Source of the DNA: Octopus sinensis
Lineage: Eukaryota
Direction: 5' to 3'
Length of the DNA: 64,000 bases
Assembly: GCF_006345805.1 (NCBI RefSeq)
Contig: NC_042998.1
Location: forward strand, 3,720,001 to 3,784,000
The stretch's first letter is position 1. Each line of letters starts with the position of its first letter. Shown piece after piece: positions 1-13,419 of this stretch. Made by a program: the position numbers and the translations under genes. Under the pieces are notes generated by a model. The model was given only the letters and a program-made list of their open reading frames with translations, had not been told where the DNA came from and ran no database searches.

Positions 1-1540
1 CGATAAAATAAGTACCAGTTGAGCACTGGGGTTTATGTAATCAACTTACTCCTTCCCCTGAAATTGCTGGCCTTGTGCCAAAATTTGAGACCATTAATAT
101 TAAGGCAGTGACCTGGCAGAATCATTAAACATGCCAGGCAAAATGTTTAGTGGTTTATTGTCCATCTCTGTGTTCTGAGTTCCAATTCCACCAGGGTCGA
201 CTTTACCTATCATCCATTCAGGGTCAATGAAATAAGCACCAGTTGAATCTTAATTGAATGAAATAACTAATTTTATTTTAAGCCTGGTACTTATTCAATT
301 GGTCTCTTTTTGCTGAACTGCTAAGTTATGGGGACATAAACACACAAACACCAGTTGTCAAGCAGTGGTGGGTGACAAACACAGACACAAAGATGCACAC
401 AAACACATGTACACACAAACACACACACACACACACACATATAGATATGTATATGACAGGCTTCTCTTCAGTTTCCATGTACAAAATCCACTCACAAGGT
501 TTTGACCAGATTGAGGCTAAAGTGTAAGACAATTGCCCAAGGTGCCACGCAGTGGGACTGAACCCAGAATCATGTGGTTGGGAAGCAAGCTTCTTACCAC
601 ACAGTCATGCCTGCGCTCTGTTATAATATGCTTCCATCATTTACATTTCTTGTTCTGTTTAAGTAAATCTTCATTTGAAATGATTTCCTTATGTCGATAG
701 GTTCATATTGCTGTATTGAATTTTCAATCCTAAATAAAACAACCACTTTATCTGACTGAACAGCAATCACCTACAAAATCTCTCTTCACTTAGAAACATA
801 GTGAATAATAACAAGCAGCTTCTATATAACATGTATTGACACTATCCTCTACATAAACCAAACATTGAACGACTGAGTGTTCTTGAAGTATAGCATATTG
901 AATGTACTGGAAGTATGGGTCACTTCCAAATTTTACATCGATTAATTCTCTTTGGAGATGACTGTCACAATTCATCAACAACGTTTTGGCTCTGTTCCTA
1001 TGTTCTTACCGCACCAGATGGCAGGTCTTGTAAGAAAAAGAACATGAACAGCTAATATGGGAAATATTTGAATTTAGAAAATCTTCGAATAAATTGTGAA
1101 CTACAGTTATAAAGTAATATCTACTTGAGGCATGAAAATATTGAAAATACTGCTCTTTCCCCGTCAAGTTTATTTACGAGAGCAAAATAAATAAATGAAT
1201 AAAATAAATAAATAAAATATAAAATGCACACTACACTTCTATTCAACATTGTATGGCATCGTTGGAAAGGAGACATGTTTGTGTAAGAGTGTGTTTTACC
1301 GATTTGCCTACATACCCGCCCACCTACTATGATACACCTTTCCACCACACATCCCCACTCCTCCCACATCTATCTGTCTGTCAATCAGTGCAGGCATGGT
1401 TGTGTGGGAAGAAGCTTGCTTTCCAACCAGATGGTTCTGGGTTCAGTCCAACTGTGTGGCACCTCCTACTATAGCCTCGGGCTGACCAAAGCATTGTAAG
1501 TGGATTTGGGATTAGGTAGATGGAAAGTGAAAGAAGCCTG

Positions 1541-1580
<40 letters not shown>

Positions 1581-3342
1581 TGTATTATATAGGTGCAGGA
1601 GTGGCTGTGTGATAAGTAGCTTACTTACCACCCACATGGTTTCGGGTTCAGTCCCACTGCATATCTTCTACTATAGCTTCAGGCTGACCAAAGCCTTGTG
1701 AGTGGATTTGGTAGATGAAAACTGAAAATAAGTCCTGGGGTTGATTTGCTTGACTAATGGTGGTGCTCCAGCATGGCGGCAGTCAAATGACTGAAACAAA
1801 TTTAAAGAATATTTATACATATATAGTCTATTATATTCATTATTTTTTTACTAGTTTCTCACTAAGTTTCTTTTTTTATTCAATTATTGTTTATATTTAT
1901 TTCTCTGTTGTCGTGAATCCCCACTTGCAGCCATAGATGTACTGTTAGTTTTCAAATTAGTTTGCCCAATCGGATTTAATTGCTTATTCGTTGAACTGGT
2001 ATCAGCAAAATATTTTATGTACTCAAAATCTATAAAATTTCATTATTTTGTATTATCAGAACTGTCTGATGTACAGTCAAGTAAAACATTGATTAACAGT
2101 TGAAGTTTTTTCAGCTTCAGTAGCAGAATACACACACAGACACATATATTTGTATAGGTCTGTATGTATGTCTATGTATGTCATCATCATCGTTTAACGT
2201 CCACTTTCCATGCTAGCATGGGTTGGACGATTTGACTGAGGTCTGGTGAACCAAATGGCTGCACCAGACTCCAATCTGATCTGGCAGTGTTTCTACAGCT
2301 GGATGCCCTTCATAAAGCCAACCACTTCAAGAGTGTAGTGGGTGCTTTTACGTGCCACCGGCATGAGGGCCATTCAGGCACTACTGGCAGCGGCCACTCT
2401 CAAATGGTGCTTTTTATGTGTCACCTCCACAGGAGCCAGTCCAGCAGCACTGGCAACAACCTCGATCGGATGTTTTTACACGTGCCACCAGCACAAGTGC
2501 CAGTAAGGTGTCACAGGTAATGATCACACTCGAATGGTGCTTTTTATGCACCATAGGCACCACCTTTAGTCGAGCAAATCGATCCTAGGACATATTCTTT
2601 GTAAACCTAGTACTTATTCTATAGGCCTCATTTCCAAACTGCTAAGTTACAGGAATGTAAACACACCAGCACTGGTTGTCAAGTGATGTTGGGGACACAC
2701 ACACACACACACATATACGACGAGCTTCTACTAAATCCATTCACAAGGTTTTGGTCAGCTCGAGGCTATAGTAGAAGACACTTGCCCAAAGCACCACACA
2801 GTGGGACTGAACCCGGAATCATATGGTTGGTAAGTAAGCTACTTACCACACAGCCAATCCTGCACCTATATGTTGAACATTAATTAAACAAATTTTTAAT
2901 AGTTATTTTTATCTATTCTATTAAATTACACTGACGCTAACAGACAGGTGATCACTCAGTAAAATCAAGAAACCACAAAAAAAAAAATAAACAAAAGCAT
3001 CTGGGACATCTAAAGGAAGATTTCATGGAAACGCTCCCAAAGTGTGACAAAGCAGTGTTTATTCTCTTTTTTTTCCTTATTTTTATTAGGGGCCTCTTTT
3101 ATTTGTAGAGTTCAAAAGAAATATAGTGGAATGTATCAACGGATTCATAGTGATATTATAATGTTATTGATATGGTAGGTGTTAAGGGGGTGGGAAAGAG
3201 AGAAAACAGTGGATCTAATTGGTTGTTTGAATGTACAACTATATTTTGGTGTTGTTCAGTACTAATGAGACTAACATTAGTGAGTCACTGAAGAAATATG
3301 AGGTTTGTTATTCGTTTGTCATAAAACCACATGGAGAGAGTA

Positions 3343-3592
3343 TATAACAGGAGGACAAATACATATGTTCACTCTCACACACTCACATACATCACACGCA
3401 TTCTTATATATATATATATATATAAAGTTAATCCAAACATGAAAGCACAAAAAAACACAGCAACGCGAGGACATGGAAGAAATATAGTATTATTGGACGC
3501 TCATATATATATATATGAGGATATATATATATGAGAATGCGTGTGATGTATGTGAGTGTGTGAGAGTGAACATATGTATTTGTCCTGTTATA
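3343..3592. repeat. About 62-bp inverted duplication bounded by TA runs
   Basis: ggacaaatacatatgttcactctcacacactcacatacatcacacgcattct (3353-3404) reappears reverse-complemented at about 3533-3585. Confidence 0.88.
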
Positions 3593-5101
3593 TATATATA
3601 TATCCTCAAATATATATATAAATATATTATCATATATATATGTTCTCAAGTGTGAAACTGGATGGGTGAAGACAGGGCAGAGTGAGTCACATGGGTCAGT
3701 GTTTGGAGCCTAGAGGCAGGTGTTGTTGGGCATCACTGTTTACGTTGTGGTAGCACGGCCACCCCCCAGTCGTTTCAGCCCACACGGCTCCTCCGAGGGT
3801 GCTCTTGTCCGATGTGGCCAGTACATTCACTATTGTCATCTATATATATATTCTCATGTGTGTGTTTATGTATGGAGTGTGTATGTACCTGTGTGTGATG
3901 CCTAATTGTATGAAAATTGCTTACTGGATAAATAATAGGTAACTGCATTTATAAAAGGGTAGATAAAAAAATAGGTAGATAGATTTATAGCTGGATATTG
4001 AGTTAGCTAAATTGACTGATACATACATGTATGTATGTATGTATGTATGTACATATGTATGTGTCTGTATGTTTGTGTCATAATCATCATTATCATCAAC
4101 ATCCATTTTCTTTACTTGCCTGGGTCGCACAGTTATTTGAGGCATATGTATGTATGTGTGTGTGTGTGTGTGTGTGTGAGTTAGCTGACAGATAAATAGA
4201 TAGAATGATATGAAATTAGGTTGATAGAAAGAAATATAGATGGATAAAGATGTAATAAAGAAACAATACAATCTTGACTATAGTTTTAGTAAATTTATTT
4301 CTTATTGGTAACTCACATGTCATATTTCCATTTATTTTTGTTCATTCTTGTGAATGTAATGGGGAGAAAATCTCTAAAGTCTTTGAATGCTGTCCAAATG
4401 AGATGAAAGAATTGTATCATTTTCATTTGGTGAAATAATAGAATTTCTTTCCTTGTTACCTGTTTTATTTTTTTAATTTTATTTACTTTTTTCCGTTCCT
4501 TTTGGCACAAAGTGTGTGATTTAGTTGGCCAAGGAATATTTTGTTAAAGACTATCCCAGAGTGTAATGGAGAAGAAAGCTGGCAGAATCAGTGCTGTTCT
4601 TCGAGTGATAGATAAATTGAATGAAGAAAATAACCAAATAAAAGACAAAAAAAAAACAAAACAAAAAAAATTAGGAATTTGTGTGTCTTGTATGTATGTA
4701 TGTATGTATGTATATGTGTGTGTGTGTGTACTTCTGATGAGATTTTCGTAAATTGCATAAATATCATAAGCAGCTGGTGACAACACTAGATTGGGTTGTG
4801 TTAGAAATAGGAGTAAAATAGCAGTAACCTTTTACAAAAGGAATTATTCCAGATCTTTCATAGCTTCTTTTTCAATGAATTGCTTATTCAAAATTATATT
4901 GCATATATAACTAGAATAATAACTTCAACCTTATTTGAAATGCCTTATTCCCTTTATACCTTAACAATATTTAATCAGGCAGAAATCATAATAGATATGT
5001 TGAAATATTTGGCATTGAGATTTACATATAAGTAATATGTGATAGGGGCTTTTTAACATAATCTTTAGAAGTTACTGTCAACATCATTCTTGTATAAGAA
5101 A

Positions 5102-5133
<32 letters not shown>

Positions 5134-5685
5134 TTTCCAATCGTTGGAAACAGTGTGAGGCGACTGTTGTCTTCTTCTTCTTCTCCTCCTCCTCTTCCTC
5201 TAATCAGGACTCATGCCATTAGCCACAAAGAATAATCTCTAATTCGAACTTGCTCTAAGCTACTAAAAATGCGTGTGGCAACTTGAAGATCCACCCACCA
5301 CATGCGATAGACAGGCAGTTGCATGGGTACGAAAGCTACGCTGTTATCCTCATTCCGTAAACGGTGGCTTTTTATGGGTGGAGAGCTGAATCATTCTGGG
5401 GTACAGAGGATTCGCAATCTAGACTAAGGTCTGAAAGTTTATGACACCATAGTGGGTTACACACCATGGTTCCTCTGCTTTGTGGCAGAAGTAGGAAGAA
5501 AGAGTGAGAGAAAGTTGTGGTGAAAGAGTACAGCGGGGTTTAACCCCCCCCCCCCGCCGGAGCCTCGTGGAGCTTAGGTCTTTTTGCTCAATAAACACTC
5601 ACAATGCCTGGTTTTCATATTTGTATTGTACAATGCACATTTTAGATGTTGCTAATAAAAGAACAAATATTTGTTTCTTTACATT

Positions 5686-5718
<33 letters not shown>

Positions 5719-6376
5719 ATGTATATATAAGATACAAAATGGGACAAGAATGCAAAACATCCGGACAACTAGGTAATTACAAAAAGGGACAACAAAACAT
5801 CAAAATAAACGATACAAAAAAACAAGGACAGGTCATTCAAAGCTTTCTATCCTCAGTCAAGAACCCGATCATCCTTGCAATTTCGGCTGATTAATCTTCA
5901 GATTGCTCCAATCTGGCCAGCCCCAAGGAAAAACTAAGCTAAGCACATTAGATTCCTTGGAAGAAAGCATCGAATGTATATGAAAACAAGGACGGAAAAA
6001 CAGACGATGTTACACAAATATAAATACAAAATACAATGAAAAAATAAATATAATAATAATGATAATAATAATAATAATAATAACAGGACATAACAACAGG
6101 TGTCTTTCGACTGGGGACGAATTGAATTCAGCTGGGATGTGTGGAAATGAAGCCTTATGGCACGAAACAAAGTGTTGGTATTTCATATCCATTATGATTG
6201 TTTCAGCTATTGATAAAGATCAATGAATAAATATAAACTAGAATCAATTAGACCAATCATAGGTTGCATCGTCAGGTAGTAAGCTGAGATGCAAAGAATC
6301 ACATGTATACAGGCAATATTACTCTGATACCAATTATTCTAGTTTTACTAAGCTGCAACTACACTATAACTATTCA

Positions 6377-6605
6377 CAGGCGGCGAGCTGGTAGAAACGT
6401 TAGCACGCCGGGCGAAATTCGTAGCCGTATTTCGTCTGTCGTTACGTTCCGAGTTCAAATTCCGCCGAGGTTGACTTTACCTTTCATCCTTTCAGGGTCG
6501 ATAAATTAAGTACCAGTTACGCACTGGGGTCGATGTAATCGACTTAATCCCTTTGTCTGTCCTTGTTTGTCCCCTCTGTGTTTAGCCCCTTGTGGGTAGT
6601 AAACA
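6377..6605 (+). mobile_element. tRNA-derived SINE family B (Nin-domain-like)
   Basis: Head ggcgagctggtagaa...gagttcaaattcc; body gtcgacttt..ctttcatcctttc.gggtcgataaa..aagtacc. Many copies (about 1-250, 17305-17480, 34365-35165, 42960-43180, 43965-44403, 46148-46566, 50440-50600, 60685-61130). Confidence 0.8.
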
Positions 6606-7671
6606 AATATATAACTATTCACAGAAACAACACATGTTTCCTAGCAAGTGACAAAGAATCAACTTCAGAGACCATTATAATGCATACATGTGTAATGACA
6701 GTGAACCAGCATAATTTACATAGCTCTTCACTAAATGTTTTACAATATATGCTTTACCATATTTAGTAGTATTTCCTTTATGCTTTCAGGTTGATCCTTC
6801 CCAAATTAATTTTAACATTCAGCCTTTATTGTATTTGTATATTAAGTACTAGTAGTATACCTGACTTGGTTCCATTGACAATATGCCTCACCTACAAAAC
6901 CTTCACATGATTAGATTAAGAATATGTGTGTATATTTTATTGACTAAAATTTATACAGCTCTGTCCTAAAAGGAATGAAGATGTGAAGAGTCTAAAATAT
7001 ATTGCTTTATATGAAAATGTTCTTGCGGATTTACATAGAATAAATTACCATTTATAAAGAAGAATAACTCATTTTACCTTGGACAGATTTTTCAGTAATA
7101 CTTTTTTATTTGCTCAGCCCTAGTAACATTAAAAAGATTTATTGCCAGATCCTAATGTTTCCCTGTTTCTTTTGTAGGCTCTGTGTGTGTGTGTGTGTGT
7201 GTGTGTGTTTTAAGTGAAAGCATATGAAAGTTGAAGAAACGAGAAGAAAAAATTTTGAGTTTGAGCTACAAACAGTTTAAAATATTCGATTGTGAAAAAA
7301 TAAGAAAATAGAAAATAACTTTATGTTTTAGTGACATTGCTAAGAATGAAGCAAATAGGCCTGTACATGTACACGTGTAGACACATATTTAAATATATAT
7401 ATAAATTGCATATGCATAGAATATATGCAAATTTTTTACTGAGCGTAATGTGTTTTCCAAAGTAGTGTATAAACCATAGCTAGATTAAAAATAAGGCAGG
7501 TGGTTGACCAAGAATACTACAGAGATTTAGGAAGCAAGGTAATTCTTTATACTGAAGCAACTTAACTCACTAAGAAATCATTTAGCTTCTGCAATATACC
7601 TTTTGTAAAATCAATCACCACATACCATATTGTTAATAGCTACAACTTGAAGATATCGCTTTCATTATAAA

Positions 7672-8061
7672 CTAGCAGTATCGCCCAGCGTTGCTTGGGT
7701 TTGTTTTGACCCTTTAGAATTGGAATTTTTGAAAAGTAAAAATTTTGCATTATGTAGCTTGTTATTCTCTTTAATTGAACATTTTTCTGGTTGAAATACA
7801 CCAAAAAATGGTGACACAGCAGTCAAAAAATCGTAAAAAATAGGGATTTTCATAGAAAAAAAGCACCTTTTTGAGGTAAATAATTTTTGGTTTTAACATG
7901 GTCCGATTTGAATTTTATCTTCTCAGGAATGAAGAGCAAGCCTTCTTCCATCATACTCTCAATTTTGGTCAACTTGCACCGCAGGGTCTCGAAGGAGATA
8001 GTGTTAGTTGAAGGCTACCAAACCTGCCACACACAGACAACTTCAGCTTTATATATATAGA
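7672..8061 (-). mobile_element. Non-autonomous Helitron, subfamily A
   Basis: Minus strand A|TCTATATAT...CCCAAGCAACGCTGGGCGATACTGCTAG|T: 5' TC, 3' hairpin plus CTAG, A/T target, no TSD; second copy at 10347. Confidence 0.8.
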
Positions 8062-8414
8062 TAATACTGTCTTTCTAGCTTTAGATAGAGAGGCAGTGTT
8101 CCATTAGTTTGCAATGATGAGTTCAAATCCTTTTGTGGAAAAAATAAAGACTTACATAAACTGATATATTTTTTTCAGTGGGGAAGTTGTCTCTTAAACA
8201 TTGGATGCTGTCAAATTAACACTGTAATGTGGAACATACCTCCAGCATATCGTTACTTTTACTTTTCATTTCTGTCCACACCTCATTCAATGTATTTAGT
8301 CATACGTTCACCAAAAACTATAATAACGGTTTCAAATTTTAGCACAGGGCCAGCAGTTTTTGAGGGGAGGAAAGTCAATTACATTGACACTAGGTACTTG
8401 ACTGGTACTTATTT

Positions 8415-8800
8415 GGATGTAGGCCTCTGTGTGGAGTCTGAGGCTGTGTGGGAAGATGAATGGAAGCATAACATTGCCATCACTAGTGATCACTCCAAAC
8501 ACCATGATGTTGACTGGATGTGTGATGTTTATCTCTCTCAGTACATGTTTTGGAGACACAGCAAGCCAACACTTGTTCTATGTGTTCACCATCTGTTCGT
8601 ATTGAAGCTTCCAGTGCAAATGCTAACCAGTACAGTATGTTGTTTGCAAATTTCTGGCAGAATGAATTGCGTCATGGTGCTGTTTTTCTCACAGACAGTA
8701 CCCAACTGACCCTACTATACTGTGTAGGTGACAAAATCAAAAACAAGGCACATGCACAAAATTAAAAATCTGAAATTTACAACTTATCCATCGCACCTTG
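8415..8800 (-). mobile_element. Internally deleted Tc1/mariner-superfamily transposon
   Basis: TA-flanked terminus (tacaaggtgcgatggataagttg on minus) and transposase-like HPVNIMVFGVITSDGNVMLPFIFPHSLRLHTEAYI. Confidence 0.65.
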
Positions 8801-9324
8801 TACATGTGTCATCATTCAATATACTCTCTCTGCATTAGAAAAATATTTTTCCAGGAAAGCCATTGTTTTAAAGGAATTAAAATAATATATCAAAATTGAA
8901 GACAAATGAATGAAATGTATTGTATTTGAGCTTTCTCTAATTTGGAAATTTCTAACAGTGATACAAATAAGATGACGATAAAACACTTCAAATTCAAAGG
9001 GAAAATAATAAAGTTAGTTTTATAGCCATTAATATAACACATCTAGATGAAGTGACTGAAATTAAATTTCAGAGACCTGAATTGAAATATCCTTGACTTT
9101 TGCTACTACAGTTATGTTATTTATCATCATTTGCCAATAACTTAGAGCATAAAACATCATAATGTATGTGTTAGTATTTGACAGAGAGTAGAAAAAAAAT
9201 GAGTGTTATATAAAGTGTTGCTATCTTCATCATTTGTTGTTATTATAGTTCCAGAGTCATCTTTGCAGTTGATCACTTTTGAATTTAGTAGAATGAATAA
9301 TTATAATAATAATGAATGTGCCCT

Positions 9325-9568
9325 TTTAAAGCCTAGCCAGGTTAATGGGCCTGGTTTCCCGGTTTCTATGGCGTATGTGTTCCCCCCAGCTGGACGGGAC
9401 GCCAGTCCATCGCAGTGTAACTCATTTTTGCCAGCTGAGTGGACTGGAGCAACGTGAAATGAAGTGTTTTGCTCAAGAACACAACGTGTCGCCCGGCCCA
9501 GGAATCAAAACCACAATCTTACGATCATGATGCTGATACCCTAACCACTAAGCCATGTGCCTCCACAG
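9325..9568 (-). mobile_element. tRNA-derived SINE family E (V/Meta-like body)
   Basis: Minus head gtggaggcacatggcttagtggttaggg, body gtgttcttgagcaaaacacttc..gctccagtccactcagc; related pieces at about 30190-30300 and 41365-41670. Confidence 0.6.
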
Positions 9569-9862
9569 TAGTTAGTTAGTTAATTTTTGGGCTCAAAAAG
9601 CAAAAAGCAAGGCCATCTAGGGGGACATGGAGTTATGTACAGGGTGGTGTTCATGTAAAGAGTTCAAGCCACTTGAGGTCAAGGGAGATTTTGAACTGAG
9701 CGGTCGTCGGCATCTTCACCATCTTGTCTGGCAGCTTATTCCACGGATCTGCAACCCGGATGGAGAAAGCCCCTCTCCTTCGATTGAGATGAAATCGTCG
9801 CAGATAGAGCTTTTCGGAATGACCCCACAGCCGACGCTCTGGAGCAGGAGTGAAGAATACTG
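9569..9862 (-). mobile_element. CR1-type LINE 3' end with (TAAC)n tail
   Basis: Minus frame GHSEKLYLRRFHLNRRRGAFSIRVADPWNKLPDKMVKMPTTAQFKISLD*, then a short UTR ending in taac repeats. Confidence 0.75.
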
Positions 9863-9890
9863 AATGAATACTGAAAATATTAATACACTT

Positions 9891-10077
9891 ATTATACCAT
9901 TGAGCTGGGGAATATCATGTATACCATTATACCATTGAGCTGGGGAATATCATGTATACCATTATACCATTGAGCTGGGGAATGTCATGTATACCATTAT
10001 ACCATTGAGCTGGGGAATATCATGTATACCATTATACCATTGAGCTGGGGAATATCATGTATACCATTATACCATTG
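9891..10077. repeat. 35-bp minisatellite, about 5.3 copies
   Basis: Unit attataccattgagctggggaatatcatgtatacc starts at 9891, 9926, 9961, 9996, 10031 and (partial) 10066; one substitution in copy 3. Confidence 0.95.
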
Positions 10078-10141
10078 ACTTTGTACATATGAAAGAAGCT
10101 AAATAGTTTGTTATGATGTTTTGTGTTTCTATTTTGTATAG

Positions 10142-10247
10142 CCATGTCCTGAAGGTAGCCGTACTTTCCGTGAAGAGCAGTGTGCCAAGTACAACAACAT
10201 AGAGTATGACGGTCAGTTGTACCAGTGGGAACCAGTCAGAATGCAAA
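10142..10247 (+). CDS. ADAMTS7/12: ADAMTS exon: start of Cys-rich domain (PCPEGSRTFREEQCAKYNNIEYDGQLYQWEPVRMQ)
   Basis: Acceptor ttttgtatag at 10140-10141, donor GTAAGT at 10248; 106 nt, phase 0 to 1; CP..S..FREEQC motif typical of ADAMTS after the central TSR. Confidence 0.93.
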
Positions 10248-10346
10248 GTAAGTATATATTCTGTTACATTCCATATTTCTTGCTAATTCTTATCTGAATT
10301 TTCGAGAATCTACACGATTGGTGATTTATCTCAGTTTTATTTAGCA

Positions 10347-10736
10347 CTAGCAGTATCGCCCGGCGTTGCTCAGGTTTGTTTTGACCCTTTAGAATTGGAA
10401 TTTTTGAAAAGTAAAAATGTTGTACTATGTAGCTTGTTATTCTCTTTAATTGAACATTTTTCTGGTTGAAATACACCGAAAAATGGCGACACCGCCGTCA
10501 AAATATCATAACAAATAGGGATTTTCATAGAAAAAAAGCACCTTTTTGATGTAAATAATTTTTGGTGTTAACATGGTCTGATTTGAATTTTTTCTTCTAC
10601 GGAAGGAAGAGCAAGCCTTCTTCTATCATTCTCTCAATTTTGGTCAACTTGCACTGCAGGGTCTCGGAGGAGATAGTGTTAGTTGAAGGCTACCAAACCT
10701 GCCATACTCAGACAACTTCAGCTTTATATATATAGA
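10347..10736 (-). mobile_element. Non-autonomous Helitron, subfamily A (second copy)
   Basis: Collinear with 7672-8061, same termini. Confidence 0.8.
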
Positions 10737-12334
10737 GATTAGATTAGAAGGATAAAGTATATCTCCTCTGTCCTATGGTTAAAGTATCAAGCACTGTAAA
10801 CTAGTAGATCATCTGCCAATTGTACAAAGTTGCCACTTGTATCAGAGATGAATTCCATCCTCTGCAGGACTTAACTTAGAGCTTGGTGGAACCCTGCATA
10901 GTTTGATATAAAACCAGTTCATGTCCAATCCAAATAATGATTTTTTTATATCATTATTTCTGCCTTGCTACACTGGAAAAGAAAAGTAACAATAGTAATA
11001 ACAATAATTATTATTGAGGAATAAATAGTCGCTTTCCTCCTGCTCTTATATCATTATCACATTCTTTACTCCTTTGATCCAGAATACTCTGTGTACTAGC
11101 TTCAGTTGTATCTGTCATCCATCCTTATTTTGCCTCCTCCACTAAATAGCACACACTCTCTCTCTCTCTTTTACTCATTTACTTGTTTCAGTCATGTGAC
11201 TATGGCCATGCTAGAGCACCACCTTTAGTCGAGCGAATCGACCCCAGGACTTATTCTTTGTAAGCCTAGTACTTATTCTATCGGTCTCTTTTGCTGAACC
11301 ACTAAGTTACGAGGACGTAAACACACCAGTATCGGTTGTCAAGCAATGTGGGGGGGGGGACAAACATGGACACACAAACATATACACATACATGCATATA
11401 TATATATCACCGTGATCACTTTGACCAACCAGGCTATCAGATGTTGCTACACATCGCTGGTCACAATGTGCTTCACATTGTTTTAGCCTTCAAATGACAC
11501 CACCCCGCTGGCTAAGCGAGCAGGCCAAAAGAAGAAAGAGTGAGAGAAAGTTGTGGTGAAAAAGTACAGCAGGGATCGCCACCTCCCCCCTGCCGGAACT
11601 TTGTGGAGCTTTAGGTGTTTTTGCTCAATAAACACTCACAACGCCTGGTCTGGGAATCGAAGTAGTGATCCTACAACCGCGAGTCCGCTGCCCTAACCAC
11701 TGGGCCATTGCATCTCCACATACATACATATATATATATATGTATATACACATATACACGACGGGCTTCTTTCAGTTTCCGTCTACCAAATCCACTCACA
11801 AGGCTTTGGTTGGCCCAAGGCTATAGTAGAAGACACTTGCCCAAGGTGCCACGCAGTGGGACTGAATCCAGAACCATGTGGTTCATAAGCAAGCTACTTA
11901 CCACTCAGCCACTCCTATGCCTATATAGATAATTTTCTTGAAAATTCTTCCTGAAAATTGCAACTCTTTGGAAAACACTTTCTGCTCTCTTTTTTTCCAA
12001 AAGTTTCAAAGAACATATATTTTAGATAAACATCAATTGTATCTCTATCACTGATCTTGCAGGACCTATCAAAGCTATGGATGATGTAGGTATCTTTTTT
12101 TAGTGACTAATTAATAAAAAAAAAAAAGCAACAAACACAGAGTGACTGTAACACCTATTGCAGAAGCAGTTCTGATAATAGAAGCGTTGCAATAGTGGTT
12201 TGTTTGAATAGCAGGTAAATGAAGATATATTTCATTAGGTGAGCGAATAATAACTGACACGACTCACAAACATTTAACTGTGTATTTATTGCCAGACACG
12301 AAGATATTTGGTGTTGGTGGTTTGCAATCATCGT

Positions 12335-12900
12335 CATCCTCATCATCATTTAGCGTCCGCTTTCCATGCTAGCATGGGTTGGACAGTTCAACCTGGGTCT
12401 GTGAAGCCAGAAGGCTGCACCAGGCCCAGTCTGATCTGGCAGTGTTTCTACGGCTGGATGCCCTTCCTATCACCAACCACTCCGTGAGTGTAGTGGGTGC
12501 TTTTTACGTGCCACCTGCACAGGTGCCAGACGGGGATGGCAAACGACCATGGACAGATGGTGCTTTTTACGTGCCACCGGCACGGGGGCCAGGCAAGGCT
12601 GGCAACGGCCACGATCAGATGGTGTTTTTTATACATGCCACCGGCATGGAGGCCAGTCGGGGCGGCGCTGGCAACGGACACGGTCGGGTGGTGCTTTTTA
12701 CGTGCCACTGGCACGGAGGCCAGTCAGGGCGGCGCTGGCCACGGCCACTATCGGATGGTACGCTTACGTGTCACCGGCACTGGTATTGCAGCTGCAATTT
12801 CCATTCATGTTGATTGACTTCGATTTTGGTTCTGATTTCTGATTTGATTTGATTTGATTTTGATTTCCGATTTCCACTTGCCTCAACGGGTCTTTACAAG
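12335..12900 (-). mobile_element. SINE-like family C with (GAT)n tail and internal 62-69 bp tandem units
   Basis: catcatcatcgtttaacgtcc...catgctagcatgggttggac end; about 5 internal units starting ggtgcttttacgtgccac. Copies at about 2180-2550, 14925-15250, 42340-42585, 47480-47720, 51553-51665, 52035-52150 and 59577-59757. Confidence 0.7.
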
Positions 12901-13419
12901 TGAATGTAAATAATTGCTGACTGTGAGAGAGAGAGAATGCCATGTTTGTAGAAGTTACTTATGAGACATGGTATGAAAGTTCAGAATGGGTTTGCTGAGA
13001 ATGTGAAGATGTCTGCATAAATGCCCATAACAAGAGTGGAGGCACAAGTCACTTGGCTGTCTTCAACACATTGCAATTAATTGAGTATCAAAATAGTTTT
13101 TTTTTTTTTTTTAAATAAGAAATAAGAACATTTGAATAAACAATATTACACCTCAGCCTCAGGCTGATTGGTCAATTAATTGACCAATTATGTGGAACTA
13201 TGGAGGTTTGGTTGTGGTGTCTGATTATCTAGCGGTAAGGTTTCAAGTTATCGCTGCAGAAGCATTATTGATTGTATTTGCAATAAGTTTCCGAAAGACA
13301 AGAATTACATTGATTGTGTCTTTGAAATATAAATGGCAATAGGGAGAGAGAACACCACAATATGTTCTATCACTACTAATACAACAATTATAATGGCAAC
13401 TACAACCTATACCTTTTTA

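Noticed and set aside
790-1055. 63-aa minus ORF and a plus frame ending APDGRSCK (EGF-like look)
   Set aside because: No cysteine pattern fitting an EGF or the missing ADAMTS TSR, weak splice sites and in-frame stops nearby.
4560-4670. Short ORF, AATAAA and A-rich run suggesting a processed pseudogene
   Set aside because: The A-run is only about 5 nt from AATAAA and interrupted; no TSD or recognisable parent.
5820-5910. Hammerhead-like CTGAAGA/CTGAGGA...GAAA on the minus strand
   Set aside because: No stem II pairing and no UH site in the correct geometry, although the island may be a Penelope-type remnant.
6377-6470. tRNA gene (also heads at 15984, 22296, 55865)
   Set aside because: A/B-box-like motifs run directly into repeated SINE bodies; I could not fold a full cloverleaf.
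9891-10077. CRISPR-like periodicity
   Set aside because: Units are contiguous with no unique spacers, there are no cas genes, and the context is eukaryotic.
1-10141. Upstream ADAMTS exon for the central TSR
   Set aside because: No W..W..CSxTCGxG-coding segment with splice sites found by eye; the preceding exon probably lies left of the window.
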